Source: a virus. Taken from it: a DNA stretch of 64,000 bases. Shown one piece after another: positions 21,095-30,416 of the stretch (positions are counted from its first letter, which is position 1; each line of letters opens with the position of its first letter). Below the pieces are notes generated by a model. The model did no database searches. It was not told where the DNA came from and worked only from the letters and a program-made list of their open reading frames with translations. The stretch is taken from positions 32,001 to 96,000 of the IMG/VR virus record IMGVR_UViG_3300025030_000004. One strand, given 5' to 3'. The translations under genes and the position numbers were made by a program.

Positions 21095-21856
21095 TTGGAA
21101 GGAGGAATTTTTATTAAAACATTTATGATTCAAACTATAGATAAACAAGTTACTCACGACTTTTCATTCCACTTAATTGAAGCAATAAAATATAATAATT
21201 GGTTTCAGAATGAAAAGGTTTATGATTATTTTCTTCAAGATACTTATTATTTACCACTTTATTCTAACAATGAACCGTATAAAAAAGATGTAGAAGGGAT
21301 TATTCCAGTCGGATCTGTAGAATTTGTTTTAGAATATTTAAAGAGATATCATAATATTTCTAATATCAAACCACTTAATATTCCACAAGAACTTTTAAAA
21401 TTTGAATACTTAAAGCGATGGGTTGGCTACAATGATAGCGATACAGTTAAAAATGTTTGGCACTCTACTTTCATTAAAGACAAAGCAAAAATAAAAGGAG
21501 AAATAAGATTCCTAAATAAAAATGAATATTTTCCTAAAGGAGAATGGTTAGTTTCAGAATTTATAGATATTAACTCTGAGTGGAGAACATTTGTTTTTAA
21601 TGATGAATTAATTGGGTTGCAAAATTATTCGGGTGATTTTACTATGTTTCCTGATGTAAAATTAATAAATAAAATGATAAGAGAATACAGGGGGAAGAAT
21701 CCAGCCTATACATTGGATGTCGGAATAAATCAGAATGGAACATTCTTGATTGAAATTCATGATTTTTTCTCTTGTGGATTATATGGATTCGCAGGTTATA
21801 GAGATTTGCCAAGAATGTTTATCTCAACATGGAATAAATTACTTGCCAACAAATAA
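21095..21856 (+). CDS. ATP-grasp domain protein (DUF4343/R2K-like)
   Basis: PVGSVEFV, SEWRTFV, YTLDVG, LIEIH, CGLYG. Confidence 0.75.
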   Translation: MEGGIFIKTFMIQTIDKQVTHDFSFHLIEAIKYNNWFQNEKVYDYFLQDTYYLPLYSNNEPYKKDVEGIIPVGSVEFVLEYLKRYHNISNIKPLNIPQELLKFEYLKRWVGYNDSDTVKNVWHSTFIKDKAKIKGEIRFLNKNEYFPKGEWLVSEFIDINSEWRTFVFNDELIGLQNYSGDFTMFPDVKLINKMIREYRGKNPAYTLDVGINQNGTFLIEIHDFFSCGLYGFAGYRDLPRMFISTWNKLLANK

Positions 21857-21887
21857 TGAATTTATGTTATTAGAAAGGAGAAATAAA

Positions 21888-22421
21888 TTGAGTAAAGATA
21901 AATTACTTCAAAAAGTTAAAGAATCGTTATTATGGAAACATCAAGAATCAAAATATAATCTTGAAAGAGTAGTACCATATTATCTAATTATTAAAAATGC
22001 AAAGAATGAGATACTAGACCAGTTAATAGATGATTGTAATAAATATGATTTTTTGCTTAATTATGAACATGAAAAAGATAATTATTATACATTTGGCACT
22101 ATGACAATCCATATTAAATTCGACAAAACAGCAGACGATGATTTCTTTTGTTATAGAAACGCAAACGACTATCATTATAAAATTGACCTACTTTGGTATG
22201 AGCATGGGAGTACTGATGAATACTTACCAAGAATTATTGTTAAAAAAATAATGGAATCTGTTTTTATAGAATTCAATGATGATAGCACAGAAGAGTTTAA
22301 TAACTGGTATTCAGAACTAAGAGAACTACACAAGAAAGAAAAAAGTGAAAGGTTAAAATCTATTGAGCGACAAATAAAAGAATTAACTAAACAAAAAGAA
22401 GAACTATCTAAAAATAAATAA
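21888..22421 (+). CDS. hypothetical protein
   Basis: AGAAAGGAG RBS before TTG 21888. Confidence 0.7.
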   Translation: MSKDKLLQKVKESLLWKHQESKYNLERVVPYYLIIKNAKNEILDQLIDDCNKYDFLLNYEHEKDNYYTFGTMTIHIKFDKTADDDFFCYRNANDYHYKIDLLWYEHGSTDEYLPRIIVKKIMESVFIEFNDDSTEEFNNWYSELRELHKKEKSERLKSIERQIKELTKQKEELSKNK

Positions 22422-22462
22422 CCATTCCAAAACTTATTTCATGTTAAGAAAGGAGAAAATAA

Positions 22463-22663
22463 TTGAAAACTTTTGATGAAATATTAAAAGAAATGGATTC
22501 ATTAGAAAAGAAATCTACAAAAATATCAGAGAAAAAGTTTGCATTAATAACTGAACTACAGAAAGTATGCCCTCATGAAGATATTGTTGATTATTATGAT
22601 ACAGAGTGGCTTAGAAGTACACATGTTAGATATTGCAAGTTATGCAAAAGTGAAAATGTATAA
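22463..22663 (+). CDS. hypothetical protein
   Basis: AGAAAGGAG RBS; CPH...CxxC. Confidence 0.7.
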   Translation: MKTFDEILKEMDSLEKKSTKISEKKFALITELQKVCPHEDIVDYYDTEWLRSTHVRYCKLCKSENV

Positions 22664-22711
22664 ATACTTTCAAAGATAAATTTCATTCTACTTAAAGAAA
22701 GGAATAATTAG

Positions 22712-22936
22712 ATGAAATACACATACCTCTCAGGCAGAGAAGTTATGCCAGATGGCAATAGATCAACAAAATTAACTTGTTTCGAATGTGGTAAACCTCA
22801 ATCACATTCATATTATACTGAATGTGGTAAACATATCTGTTTCACTTGTAAATGGAAGGATGAAAATGATGATTTAAATGGTAAAAATAAAGAAGATGAT
22901 AGAGATAGTTTAGTAGTAGGTTATCTACAATACTAA
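22712..22936 (+). CDS. small zinc-finger protein
   Basis: CxxC...CxxC. Confidence 0.65.
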   Translation: MKYTYLSGREVMPDGNRSTKLTCFECGKPQSHSYYTECGKHICFTCKWKDENDDLNGKNKEDDRDSLVVGYLQY

Positions 22937-22953
22937 TAGTCAGAAAATTTATA

Positions 22954-22982
22954 TTGACTCTATCTAATGAACAAGATATAAT
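22954..22982 (+). promoter_or_regulatory. sigmaA-type promoter
   Basis: TTGACT-N17-TATAAT. Confidence 0.7.
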
Positions 22983-23036
22983 TAATTTAGTTTATATATA
23001 ATATAGTGGAGTGGTAGAGTCAAATAATTTAAGAAG

Positions 23037-23543
23037 GTGAAATGGATGGCAGGAAAATCATTATTAAATAAACAATCGTCGGCAAAACCAAGGAAACAAG
23101 ATAAATATTCAGAACTAAATGGCACAAAACAAGAATACAGATTTAAACCAACAGATAAAGCTATTTATGTCGGACTACTAGATGAGTATAGTGGATTGGA
23201 ATGTGAAATTGTCAAAAGATCAAGAAGAAAAATAACTGAATATTACACAATAAAATTTAGTAATGAAGAAATTATAAGTGATATATCTGGGAATTTTCTA
23301 ATGAATCATGAAGAATATGAATTGTTTTTAGAAAACAAAAATAAAGAAAATAATGAAGATAATCTAGATGATATATCTGAATATGAATTAGAACTTATGA
23401 AACTTGGAATAGAATCTCATAAAAATTATGTTCAATGTTTAGTACCAACATTATTCGTTAATTATGCTTGTGATAGATGTAATGAAAAAGTTAGATGTGT
23501 TTATAAAAGGAAATATCAATATGATAAGTTGAAATTGTTTTAG
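23037..23543 (+). CDS. hypothetical protein
   Basis: 168-aa ORF after promoter. Confidence 0.65.
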   Translation: MKWMAGKSLLNKQSSAKPRKQDKYSELNGTKQEYRFKPTDKAIYVGLLDEYSGLECEIVKRSRRKITEYYTIKFSNEEIISDISGNFLMNHEEYELFLENKNKENNEDNLDDISEYELELMKLGIESHKNYVQCLVPTLFVNYACDRCNEKVRCVYKRKYQYDKLKLF

Positions 23544-23562
23544 ATTAGAAAGGATGAAGTAG

Positions 23563-24177
23563 TTGATACAAAAAACACAAATAAATAAACTTGAAAATGA
23601 TTGGGTAGATGTGAAAAACAAATGTAGGAATACGATTAATAAAGACCACACTGATAATCAACCTAATAGCGAATTCAAAACTAAATTGTTAATTTCAGAG
23701 CATAGTCCTATTAGATTGATTAAAGTAAATTGGCTATGGTCTAAAATTAAATATTGGGTTAGTACACATTATGTAAGACATCATCAAGGTATTGAAAAAT
23801 GGGTGTCAACTCAAAGAAGTGATAGAACAAATGTTGATAGAGATGAAATTGGTCAAGGTGCTCCAGTTAATTTTGAAGCAGAAGCCAATGCTCAATCATT
23901 AATTAATATGGCAAAGGTAAGATTATGTTATCAGGCAAGTAAAGAAACTAGAGAGTTATTTGAGGATTTAAAAGTTACAATTAGCAAGAGTGAACCTGAA
24001 TTAGCAGATGTGTTAGTCCCTTCGTGTATATATAGAGCAGGATGTAGTGAATTTACTGAATGTGGATTTTGGAGTAAGTTTAAGGATAAATATCAAAGGG
24101 CAAATTTATTAGATATTAAAACAAGATATCAATTATATAATGGAGATTTTTATATTAAGAAACTGAAAGTGGAGTGA
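23563..24177 (+). CDS. divergent flavin-dependent thymidylate synthase-like protein
   Basis: EHSPIR, THYVRHH...STQRSDR, RLCYQAS.ETR, C-terminal CxxxxxCxExxxC; context among dNTP genes. Confidence 0.65.
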   Translation: MIQKTQINKLENDWVDVKNKCRNTINKDHTDNQPNSEFKTKLLISEHSPIRLIKVNWLWSKIKYWVSTHYVRHHQGIEKWVSTQRSDRTNVDRDEIGQGAPVNFEAEANAQSLINMAKVRLCYQASKETRELFEDLKVTISKSEPELADVLVPSCIYRAGCSEFTECGFWSKFKDKYQRANLLDIKTRYQLYNGDFYIKKLKVE

Positions 24178-24181
24178 TTGG

Positions 24182-24730
24182 ATGAATAAACTAAAAATAA
24201 TTGGATTTTCAGCAAAGGCTAGAAACGGGAAAGATTCTAGCTGTCTAATCTTAAAAAAGAAACTAGAAGAACAGGGTAAAAAAGTATTAATCTTAGCATA
24301 TGCAAACTATGTTAAATACTTAGTATCTACATATTTTGGAGGAACATATGAAAGGACTCCAGAGAATCGTACACTATGGCAAAAGTTTGGCACAGATAAA
24401 GTTAGAACAAGAAATCCTAATTACTGGGTAGATACAATTATTGATTTTGCAAAAGTATTTGGAGAAGATTATGATTATTTTCTCTTATCAGATTGCAGAT
24501 TTAAAAATGAGTATGAACGATGGGGTTATGATTTTGACGTTACAAGTGTTAGGGTTGAAAGATTAAATTTTGAAAATGATTTAACTCCAGAACAAAGACT
24601 ACATCCTTCAGAAACTTCATTAGATAATTATCATTTTGATTATTACATAAAAGCGGAAAATGGATTGGATAAATTAGAAATGGAAATTGACAAGTTTATA
24701 GAATGGATGAAGGAGAGTGAAAATAATTAA
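24182..24730 (+). CDS. deoxynucleoside monophosphate kinase
   Basis: FSAKARNGKD, QKFGTD..R, SDCRFKNE, HPSETSLD. Confidence 0.8.
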   Translation: MNKLKIIGFSAKARNGKDSSCLILKKKLEEQGKKVLILAYANYVKYLVSTYFGGTYERTPENRTLWQKFGTDKVRTRNPNYWVDTIIDFAKVFGEDYDYFLLSDCRFKNEYERWGYDFDVTSVRVERLNFENDLTPEQRLHPSETSLDNYHFDYYIKAENGLDKLEMEIDKFIEWMKESENN

Positions 24731-25298
24731 GACTAAAATCTACCTAGATATGGATAATACCCTGACTAATAGCACGAAGGGCTTCTGTGAAGCCTACAAC
24801 ATTATTTATAGATACCATAAAGGATTTAAATCTGCACAATGGGAACTCGTAAATACATGGAACTTTGAGAATCAATGTCCCAACCTAACATCACACTCAG
24901 ATGTATTAGAAATATTTGAGAGTCCAGTTTTCTTTAAACTACTTAAACTAATCAATAGTAATACATATGAAGTCGTTAGAGAATTAAATAATAAATATCA
25001 AATAATTATCGCCAGCATTGGCACTCCCAAAAATTTATCTCTTAAATCTTTATACTTGAAAGAGACTCTACCATTTATCAAAGATTACATTCTAATCAAT
25101 AATGAAGGTTGTAAAATGGATAAGGCAATTATCCAGATGAACTATCCAGACTCAATATTTATAGACGATGTAACTACTAACTTAGATTCAAGTAATGCAC
25201 AAAATAAATTCATTTTCGGACTAGAATATCCTTGGTCTGAAACTAAGAATTATAGTAGATTATGGAATTGGACAGATGTTGCAAATAAGTTGTTGTAA
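24717..25298 (+). CDS. HAD-family 5'(3')-deoxyribonucleotidase
   Basis: LDMDNTL, IFIDD motifs. Confidence 0.8.
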   Translation: MKIIKTKIYLDMDNTLTNSTKGFCEAYNIIYRYHKGFKSAQWELVNTWNFENQCPNLTSHSDVLEIFESPVFFKLLKLINSNTYEVVRELNNKYQIIIASIGTPKNLSLKSLYLKETLPFIKDYILINNEGCKMDKAIIQMNYPDSIFIDDVTTNLDSSNAQNKFIFGLEYPWSETKNYSRLWNWTDVANKLL

Positions 25299-25334
25299 AG
25301 TTAAAAATAATAAATACAAAAGGAGAAAAATAGA

Positions 25335-25817
25335 ATGATTAATTACCATATGTCAATTTGCCGAGATTGTGAAAGAGAGGCTTGTTGTAATTACCCTTGT
25401 CAAGAATATTCAGACCAAAAACGTAATCAATATAAAGCACAGGAAGCAGAAAATATAAGAAAAACAATTGAATGGCTGAATAGGGAAGAACAAAATAAGG
25501 TAAATGAAAGGTTGGGTGAAATGGATATGAATGTGTGTGATTGTGATGATAGTAATGATATTGAAAATTTTTTAGAATATAGCGTTGAGAATGTTGAGTG
25601 GTTGAGATGTATTAATGGTCAAATTCCCTACACAGAACTCATAGATAAAAATGCTCTTTTATCTTATTTGGAAGAGTGTAATGAGAGGCATTGTGATCAG
25701 AATGGTTTGTGTGAAGTTTGCAGGACACCATTAGTTGAGGCTGAAGAATCAAGAGGAGAACATTTTGGAACTAGTTGTGGAGAGGTTATGTGGCATTGTC
25801 CGAATAATTGTGTATAA
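25335..25817 (+). CDS. Cys-rich hypothetical protein
   Basis: AAAGGAG RBS; several CxxC. Confidence 0.6.
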   Translation: MINYHMSICRDCEREACCNYPCQEYSDQKRNQYKAQEAENIRKTIEWLNREEQNKVNERLGEMDMNVCDCDDSNDIENFLEYSVENVEWLRCINGQIPYTELIDKNALLSYLEECNERHCDQNGLCEVCRTPLVEAEESRGEHFGTSCGEVMWHCPNNCV

Positions 25818-25932
25818 GAAAGAATAATTAATAAGGTATAAATAATAAAATATCCAAGTCTACTGAGATAAGAGGTGGGCTTGGATAAATAAAATATAAT
25901 AAATAATATAAATCAATGGAAGGAGAAATATA

Positions 25933-26586
25933 TTGATAGAAAGAATTGGGTTAATACCGATAAAAGATTACATAAGAAATCTTGATCTTCGTAATTATGG
26001 TAGAAGCATGATTATTGAATACACTAAAGAAATTTATAATTTAGATCTTACAAACGAACTAAAAATATATGAAAAAGAAAATTGGAATCTTTGGAATGGC
26101 GATTTAAATATTTACGATAACTTTGATAAAGAAAATCCAATTGAAGAACCAGATAATTTATCTAGAAATTATTTTGAAAAACATGCAAAGAAAAAATTTA
26201 TAAAATTCATTAAACAACATGAAGAATTTCAAGAAGATAGAATATTACCTTTCTTTAAGGTGAAGGATATACACCACATATTCCCTTTAATATATGGTGG
26301 AAGTAATAAAATATCCAATCTACTATATGTTAGTAGATTTACGCACGATCTTTTACATATTAATCCATTAGAAAATATAGAAAAATATTGTTATCAGGCT
26401 TGTGATTATTTAGCATACCTTGGATGGTTTGAAGGATTTAAATATTTAAATGAAAAATATGATTTAGGAAAATATGTTGACAGTAAAAAATTATTGCGTC
26501 AAATGTATAAAGGTGCAATCGAAGAAGAAATGAGCAAGTTTTATGAATACATACAGAAAATGGAAGGACTAGGACAAACAGGTTGA
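25933..26586 (+). CDS. HNH-motif protein
   Basis: DIHHIFPLIYGGSNKISNL...HDLLH. Confidence 0.7.
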   Translation: MIERIGLIPIKDYIRNLDLRNYGRSMIIEYTKEIYNLDLTNELKIYEKENWNLWNGDLNIYDNFDKENPIEEPDNLSRNYFEKHAKKKFIKFIKQHEEFQEDRILPFFKVKDIHHIFPLIYGGSNKISNLLYVSRFTHDLLHINPLENIEKYCYQACDYLAYLGWFEGFKYLNEKYDLGKYVDSKKLLRQMYKGAIEEEMSKFYEYIQKMEGLGQTG

Positions 26587-26628
26587 TAAATAAAATAGAA
26601 AATAAAACACAAAGGGGAGGGAGTATAT

Positions 26629-26766
26629 TTGGGTTGTAATAAAAAAGATGCTTTGATCTTTTATAAAACAATGAAACATAATTCCACAGAAGAAGAAGAC
26701 AATGATTTTTTAAAATCTTTTTGTTTTGAGTGTAATCGAAAAAACCAATGTGAAAAAGTAGCTTGA
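26629..26766 (+). CDS. 45-aa protein, candidate recombination directionality factor
   Basis: GGGGAGG RBS, TTG start, MGCNKKDALIFY...FCFECNRKNQCEKVA*; faces the integrase across the attP candidate. Confidence 0.5.
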   Translation: MGCNKKDALIFYKTMKHNSTEEEDNDFLKSFCFECNRKNQCEKVA

Positions 26767-26786
26767 AAATAATCAGGCTACTTTTT
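26753..26786 (+). terminator. intrinsic (likely bidirectional) terminator
   Basis: AAAAAGTAGCTTGA-N6-TCAGGCTACTTTTT. Confidence 0.75.
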
Positions 26787-26793
26787 ATTATCA

Positions 26794-26841
26794 TTTGTCC
26801 AATTGTAAAATCGTCTCTAGTCGTGTTACCAAAAGGACAAA
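26794..26841. other. candidate attP of the serine integrase
   Basis: 23-bp imperfect inverted arms (16/23) around a central CT, ending 2 bp from the integrase stop codon. Confidence 0.7.
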
Positions 26842-26843
26842 CA

Positions 26844-28403
26844 CTATTTGTCCTTGATAATATCAAGAAAATACTTATCTAGTCCATTATTCCATTCAAT
26901 ATCTATTCCTTTATCTAAATGTATAGTTATTCTTTTTATGATTTTTCTCAATCCAACGTTATCAATGGTAGCAATATCAAAATCCTTAATAAGTTCTACG
27001 AAAGAATTATACAACTTATATATATTATTAATCTCCTTATTGATGTTTATAATCTTATTTCTAGATAATTCTAATCCTTTTAATTCTTCGTCAACTGATT
27101 TTTTAACCCTATTATATTCCTCCTTAGAAATTTCTCCATCGGCTCTCATCGCAGACAATCCATCTTTACGTTTCTCTAATTTCGTAATTGATTCCTCAAT
27201 TAAAGGAAGTTTCTTTATAAAATCTTTTCCTAAATTTGATTCAATATAAACGTCGTAATATCGTTTCATCACTAAAGGGTTAATATTTTTAACTTTTTCA
27301 ACTTGTTCTTGAATATAATCTAGTATATCTTCTTCCCTAATGTAATGATAGTCGCTACACATGCTTTTATCCCTATGTCTATTACTACATAGATAATAAA
27401 ATAAATCTGGCTTGTCTCTTCTCTGTGCTCTTTTCATAGACGCTTTACAATTTGCACAATAAAAAATATTGGATAGTAAATTCTTGGAACTATATTTCTT
27501 GTTGCTCTTTACTAACAAAGCTCTTGATTCTTTAATCTCATTTGCTCTAATAAAAAGGTCGTCACCAATAATTCTTAAATTTTCAAAATAATGCACTATT
27601 CTATCATCTTCATCAATTGTCTGAATTTTACTTGTAAATATATCTAACATCACAGATTGATAATTGACCTGCTTTCCTGTATAAATTGGATTGCTGATTA
27701 TTTTACCTATCGTTGCTTGTTGCCACATTTTGTTTTTCTTAGATGGGATACCTAATTCATTTAAAGTCAAAGCTATTTTGAATAAAGAATATCCTTGATT
27801 AACATACCAATTAAATATCTTCCGTATAACCTCAGATTCGCCTGTATTGATTTGTAGGAATGCTTTAACCCTATCATAACCGTAGGCTGGTTGACTCGTC
27901 CAGTGACCCTCTTTTTGTGCTTGTCTCATACCTACCTGAATACCTTTAGATAATGCTATTAATTCATTCTGAGCAAGAGAACCTAAAATATTAAGCATAA
28001 CCTCATCGCCATAAGTTTTAGCATAATCTCCGGTGTTTAAATTCTCTTTAAGAAAAAATACTCCTATATCTTTTTTTCTTAATTCTCTGACTGTCTCTTG
28101 GAGCGTTACAATATCACGACTGTAACGAGCTATATTACTCGTCAATATCTGAACAAAAAATCCTTTATTTGAATCAGTCATCATTTTATTAAATTCATCA
28201 CGTTTTTTTGTACTTTTACCACTAATACCCCTATCCGCATAAACCCCATCTTTCCCACATTCTTTGACTAAATAATATCCTAATTCTTCAGCCCTTTCTT
28301 TAAATATTTTTTGTTGGTTATCAAATGAATTCTTTTGATCATCAGAACGGGTTGAGACGCGAGCATAGGCCACCGCAGGTAAAAGAGTTGAATATTTAGA
28401 CAT
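26844..28403 (-). CDS. large serine recombinase (integrase)
   Basis: YARVST catalytic Ser, DRGISG, ARYSR, recombinase domain, Zn-ribbon CANC...C..., coiled coil. Confidence 0.95.
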   Translation of the reverse strand: MSKYSTLLPAVAYARVSTRSDDQKNSFDNQQKIFKERAEELGYYLVKECGKDGVYADRGISGKSTKKRDEFNKMMTDSNKGFFVQILTSNIARYSRDIVTLQETVRELRKKDIGVFFLKENLNTGDYAKTYGDEVMLNILGSLAQNELIALSKGIQVGMRQAQKEGHWTSQPAYGYDRVKAFLQINTGESEVIRKIFNWYVNQGYSLFKIALTLNELGIPSKKNKMWQQATIGKIISNPIYTGKQVNYQSVMLDIFTSKIQTIDEDDRIVHYFENLRIIGDDLFIRANEIKESRALLVKSNKKYSSKNLLSNIFYCANCKASMKRAQRRDKPDLFYYLCSNRHRDKSMCSDYHYIREEDILDYIQEQVEKVKNINPLVMKRYYDVYIESNLGKDFIKKLPLIEESITKLEKRKDGLSAMRADGEISKEEYNRVKKSVDEELKGLELSRNKIININKEINNIYKLYNSFVELIKDFDIATIDNVGLRKIIKRITIHLDKGIDIEWNNGLDKYFLDIIKDK

Positions 28404-28434
28404 TTAATTTCACCTCATAGTACAAGATGTTACT

Positions 28435-28464
28435 ATTATAGAAGGGTAAAAGGAATTTTGTCAA
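28435..28464 (-). promoter_or_regulatory. sigmaA promoter of integrase
   Basis: TTGACA-N18-TATAAT on minus strand. Confidence 0.7.
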
Positions 28465-28498
28465 ATAGTATAGTTTATAATTTATTTGTGGTAGTAAG

Positions 28499-28551
28499 TT
28501 TACAAGGCAATATCACTGTGATATATTGAATGTAATACAATTGTAATACAA
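28499..28551 (+). promoter_or_regulatory. parMR promoter with overlapping direct repeats (ParR operator / parC candidate)
   Basis: TTTACA-N17-TATATT; TGTAATACAA at 28531 and 28542. Confidence 0.55.
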
Positions 28552-28572
28552 ATTATAAAGGGAGGAATTCAC

Positions 28573-29469
28573 ATGCTATTTTGGGATTGTGGTAACTCAT
28601 ATGGGAAAGCTCTTGACTCAAAAGGAAGAGAATTATTAACTCTTTCGGTCATCGGTAAAGCACAAGACTCATTTACAGAAAAACAACTATGGCAAATTGA
28701 TGGAAATTATATCGGAGAAGATGCAATAAAACATGGTTATGCACAGGATTACTCATTGGATGAAATCAAAACACAACAATCTACATTCAAAACACTAACA
28801 AAATACATCCTATGCAATTACAAAAATGAAGACAAGGTAGTATTCTTATTTCCATTTGAATCTTATTTTTCAGAAAAGAAACAAATCATTGAAATGTTTA
28901 GTAAAAATATGGATATCATTTATAAGATAGGAAACACTACCTACACTTATAATTTTAACCCCACTTTAATCAAATCATTACCACAAGGATTTTGTGCAGG
29001 AATGGATTATTTTCTAGATGATAATGGAAAACAAAAAGAAGATATTCCAAACGTAACTCTGATTATCGACGTAGGAATGGGGACTGTGAACTATATTTAT
29101 TTACTAAAGGGTGAGGTTATAAGAGAAATGTCTCATACAACTGCTAATGGAATGCATCAGATTTATAAACGAGGACTCCAAGGTAGAAAGATTTATGAAG
29201 TAGATATGTATCATGGGTATGATTCAATAGCACATTTATATCCAGATTTAGCAACACTAATAAAAAGCGATGTAACAACTTACTACAATATCAAACAGAT
29301 TGATAGAATTTTATTTGTTGGTGGAGGAGGGACTGCCATATATTATTTCTTGCCTTGGACAAATAAAGTTTTGCACAAAGGTCAATTCTCTAATGTTAGA
29401 GGTGCAAAAAAGGTGGTGCAGAATCTATCATGGGGGAAATCAGAACATTTAGAGATGATGATGTCTTAA
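28573..29469 (+). CDS. ParM/StbA-family actin-like ATPase
   Basis: WDCGNSYGK, PQG, IIDVGMGTVN, FVGGGG actin-fold motifs. Confidence 0.88.
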   Translation: MLFWDCGNSYGKALDSKGRELLTLSVIGKAQDSFTEKQLWQIDGNYIGEDAIKHGYAQDYSLDEIKTQQSTFKTLTKYILCNYKNEDKVVFLFPFESYFSEKKQIIEMFSKNMDIIYKIGNTTYTYNFNPTLIKSLPQGFCAGMDYFLDDNGKQKEDIPNVTLIIDVGMGTVNYIYLLKGEVIREMSHTTANGMHQIYKRGLQGRKIYEVDMYHGYDSIAHLYPDLATLIKSDVTTYYNIKQIDRILFVGGGGTAIYYFLPWTNKVLHKGQFSNVRGAKKVVQNLSWGKSEHLEMMMS

Positions 29470-29666
29470 AACCCTTGCTAGATGCAATTCCTAAGAAGAA
29501 AAGAAGCAAAGTAGTTAGAAGAGCATTGTATGATTACTTTTTTAAAGGGAAAGATAAAGTGATGGTGGAGGACGAGGAATTTTATATAGAAACAGACAAA
29601 GAGATTAAAATAGATATTGGAAAGGCAGAAAAAGTAGAAGTAAATTTTGACATGTTCGATGATTAG
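29430..29666 (+). CDS. ParR-like ribbon-helix-helix adaptor
   Basis: IRTFR..., RSKVVRRALYDYF, acidic tail; overlaps parM. Confidence 0.7.
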   Translation: MGEIRTFRDDDVLKPLLDAIPKKKRSKVVRRALYDYFFKGKDKVMVEDEEFYIETDKEIKIDIGKAEKVEVNFDMFDD

Positions 29667-29783
29667 TCCTGAGAAATCAGGGCTAATTCTTTATTTTATT
29701 TACCATTAATTACAAAAAGGAAATAGGTATATTGTACAAACCATACTCAATAAGATTACATATATCAACATCTAGTAAAGGAG

Positions 29784-30029
29784 TTGAACACATTGATTAG
29801 TGACAAACTTAATAGAAGTGAATTAAGTGTTTTTGAAATTATGAAAGAAAAAGAAATCAATAATGAAGAAAGGGCTGTAAAGATTAGAACAATTTCAGAA
29901 TTATGTGGACTAAGCTATTTTAGTGTTAGAAATATTATTAAATCATTTTACGTGGCTAATATAGTCTGCAAATCAAGAAGAGATGGTAATGCTGATACTT
30001 ATTTTTTAGTTGAAAAGAAAGGGGAATAG
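29784..30029 (+). CDS. winged-helix DNA-binding protein
   Basis: IRTISELCGLSYFSVRNIIKSF. Confidence 0.65.
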   Translation: MNTLISDKLNRSELSVFEIMKEKEINNEERAVKIRTISELCGLSYFSVRNIIKSFYVANIVCKSRRDGNADTYFLVEKKGE

Positions 30030-30031
30030 TT

Positions 30032-30268
30032 ATGAACAAACCTTCAATTGGACTAAAAGAAAAGATTCAATCAGGGAAAAAGATTCATCCTAAACAATGT
30101 CCAAAATGTAAATCAAAAAATATTATTGGTCGTGGATTGGTAATTGGTTACGCTTATATAAATCTTGAAAATATAAATGTCGATGAATTAGGAGACGATT
30201 TTGAAATACTTGATGAGGAAAATTTGAGGTATAGATGTTTTAGTTGTGATCATGACTGGGATGAATAA
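30032..30268 (+). CDS. zinc-ribbon protein
   Basis: CPKC...CFSC. Confidence 0.65.
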   Translation: MNKPSIGLKEKIQSGKKIHPKQCPKCKSKNIIGRGLVIGYAYINLENINVDELGDDFEILDEENLRYRCFSCDHDWDE

Positions 30269-30298
30269 ACAAAAAAAATAGACCTCCATTTTGGAAGC

Positions 30299-30385
30299 CT
30301 ATTTGAATAAACTAGCTAATGTTAAAAATCCTGAGTAAATCATTCCACTTCCCAAAGCAACATAAAATCCAGTGACTAATGGCAT
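30299..30385 (-). CDS. 28-aa hydrophobic peptide (not in ORF track)
   Basis: TAAGGAG RBS; MPLVTGFYVALGSGMIYSGFLTLASLFK*. Confidence 0.6.
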   Translation of the reverse strand: MPLVTGFYVALGSGMIYSGFLTLASLFK

Positions 30386-30416
30386 AATCTCATCTCCTTA
30401 AACTCTCTTATGATTG

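Noticed and set aside
29700-29770. Sporulation sigma promoter before the winged-helix gene
   Set aside because: CATACT/CATATA boxes are present but -35 spacing fits no consensus cleanly.
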